Of a stretch of DNA of 64,000 nucleotides, positions 63,293-64,000 are shown piece after piece (the stretch's first letter is position 1; each line of letters begins with the position of its first letter). Source of the stretch: Heterodontus francisci. Its lineage: Eukaryota. The stretch spans positions 6,262,001-6,326,000 of the forward strand of contig NC_090404.1 in NCBI RefSeq assembly GCF_036365525.1, read 5' to 3'. The notes under the pieces are model-generated. The model was not told the origin of the DNA. It saw only the letters and a list, made by a program, of their open reading frames with translations, and did not search any database. Made by a program: the position numbers and the translations under genes.

Positions 63293-63699
63293 AATCTGAA
63301 ATAATAATCCTCCCCCAACCCTTTTCTTTTGAAGTGGGCATTAAAGCTCCCATGGTTCTACACTGTGTCCTGGACAACATTCCTCCCTCCAACCAACATC
63401 AACTAAAATACGTTAACAGGAATTGAACCGCGTTGCCCTGTTCCAAAAGTATCGATGCACTAATCGGCCACGTTCATCTGGAATTAGTTACACTTTAAAA
63501 CCTTTGGTACCTCCCACAGAAGGTGATGAGCTGGTAAATCACTGCAAGTTGTTTTTTGATACATTACTGTTAGAAACAATAACTGACATCGACATTTTCA
63601 CAATAGGAGCAATGGCAAAGTCTGGCCAGCAGATGGCAGTGAAAGCTTAATTCGTGACACGAAACAGGCGCTGCCTCACTGCACCGGAGCCTCTCCCTG

Positions 63700-64000
63700 T
63701 TTATGTTACACTTCGACTCTGTCTTTGTCTATATTACAGTTTACCATGTCTCTGTTTATATTACTCTAGACAATGTCTCTGTTTATGTTAAACTAGAGCC
63801 TGCCTCTGTTTATATTACACTGGACCGAGACTCTGTTTATATTACTCTCGACAATGTCTCTGTTTATGTTACACTGGACCCTGTCTCTGCGTATATTAGA
63901 ATAGACCCTGCCTCTGTGTATATTACATTTGTACCCTTTCTCTGTTTATATTACACTTAGGCACTGTCTCTGTCTGTATTACACTATACCATGTCTCTGT
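63700..64000. repeat. 27-bp minisatellite
   Basis: TCTGTTTAT at 63751, 63778, 63805, 63832 etc.; produces the repeated SVYITLD peptide in ORF 63703-63960. Confidence 0.85.

Overview
Cartilaginous-fish (shark) genomic DNA from an antigen-receptor locus; the IgM constant exons closely resemble horn shark (Heterodontus) IgM as I recall it, so the species assignment is inference. Left third (+ strand, 2195-13530): a complete, apparently intact IgM heavy-chain gene whose V-D-J is already joined in the genome (no RSS), with leader, CH1-CH4, a secretory tail lacking the usual N-glycan sequon and penultimate Cys, and TM1/TM2 exons. From ~19 kb to ~53 kb: part of the TCR alpha/delta V array, including a full NARTCR cassette on the - strand (leader-V-23RSS, 12-D-12, 23-J, then a leaderless supporting Vdelta with CDR1 Cys) that carries several independent inactivating lesions, plus 7 further TCR V segments in both orientations (2 intact, 2 open but flawed, 3 pseudogenes), orphan leader exons and several CTCF-like motifs. 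The rest is transposon-derived: CR1 LINEs (one near full-length with a 160-bp monomer array at its 5' end), Penelope-like elements (one inverted pair, with minimal hammerhead ribozyme motifs), a Harbinger transposase relic, V-SINE and Deu-SINE copies, a probable solo LTR and 27-bp minisatellites. Exon and RSS coordinates were counted by hand; repeat boundaries are approximate.
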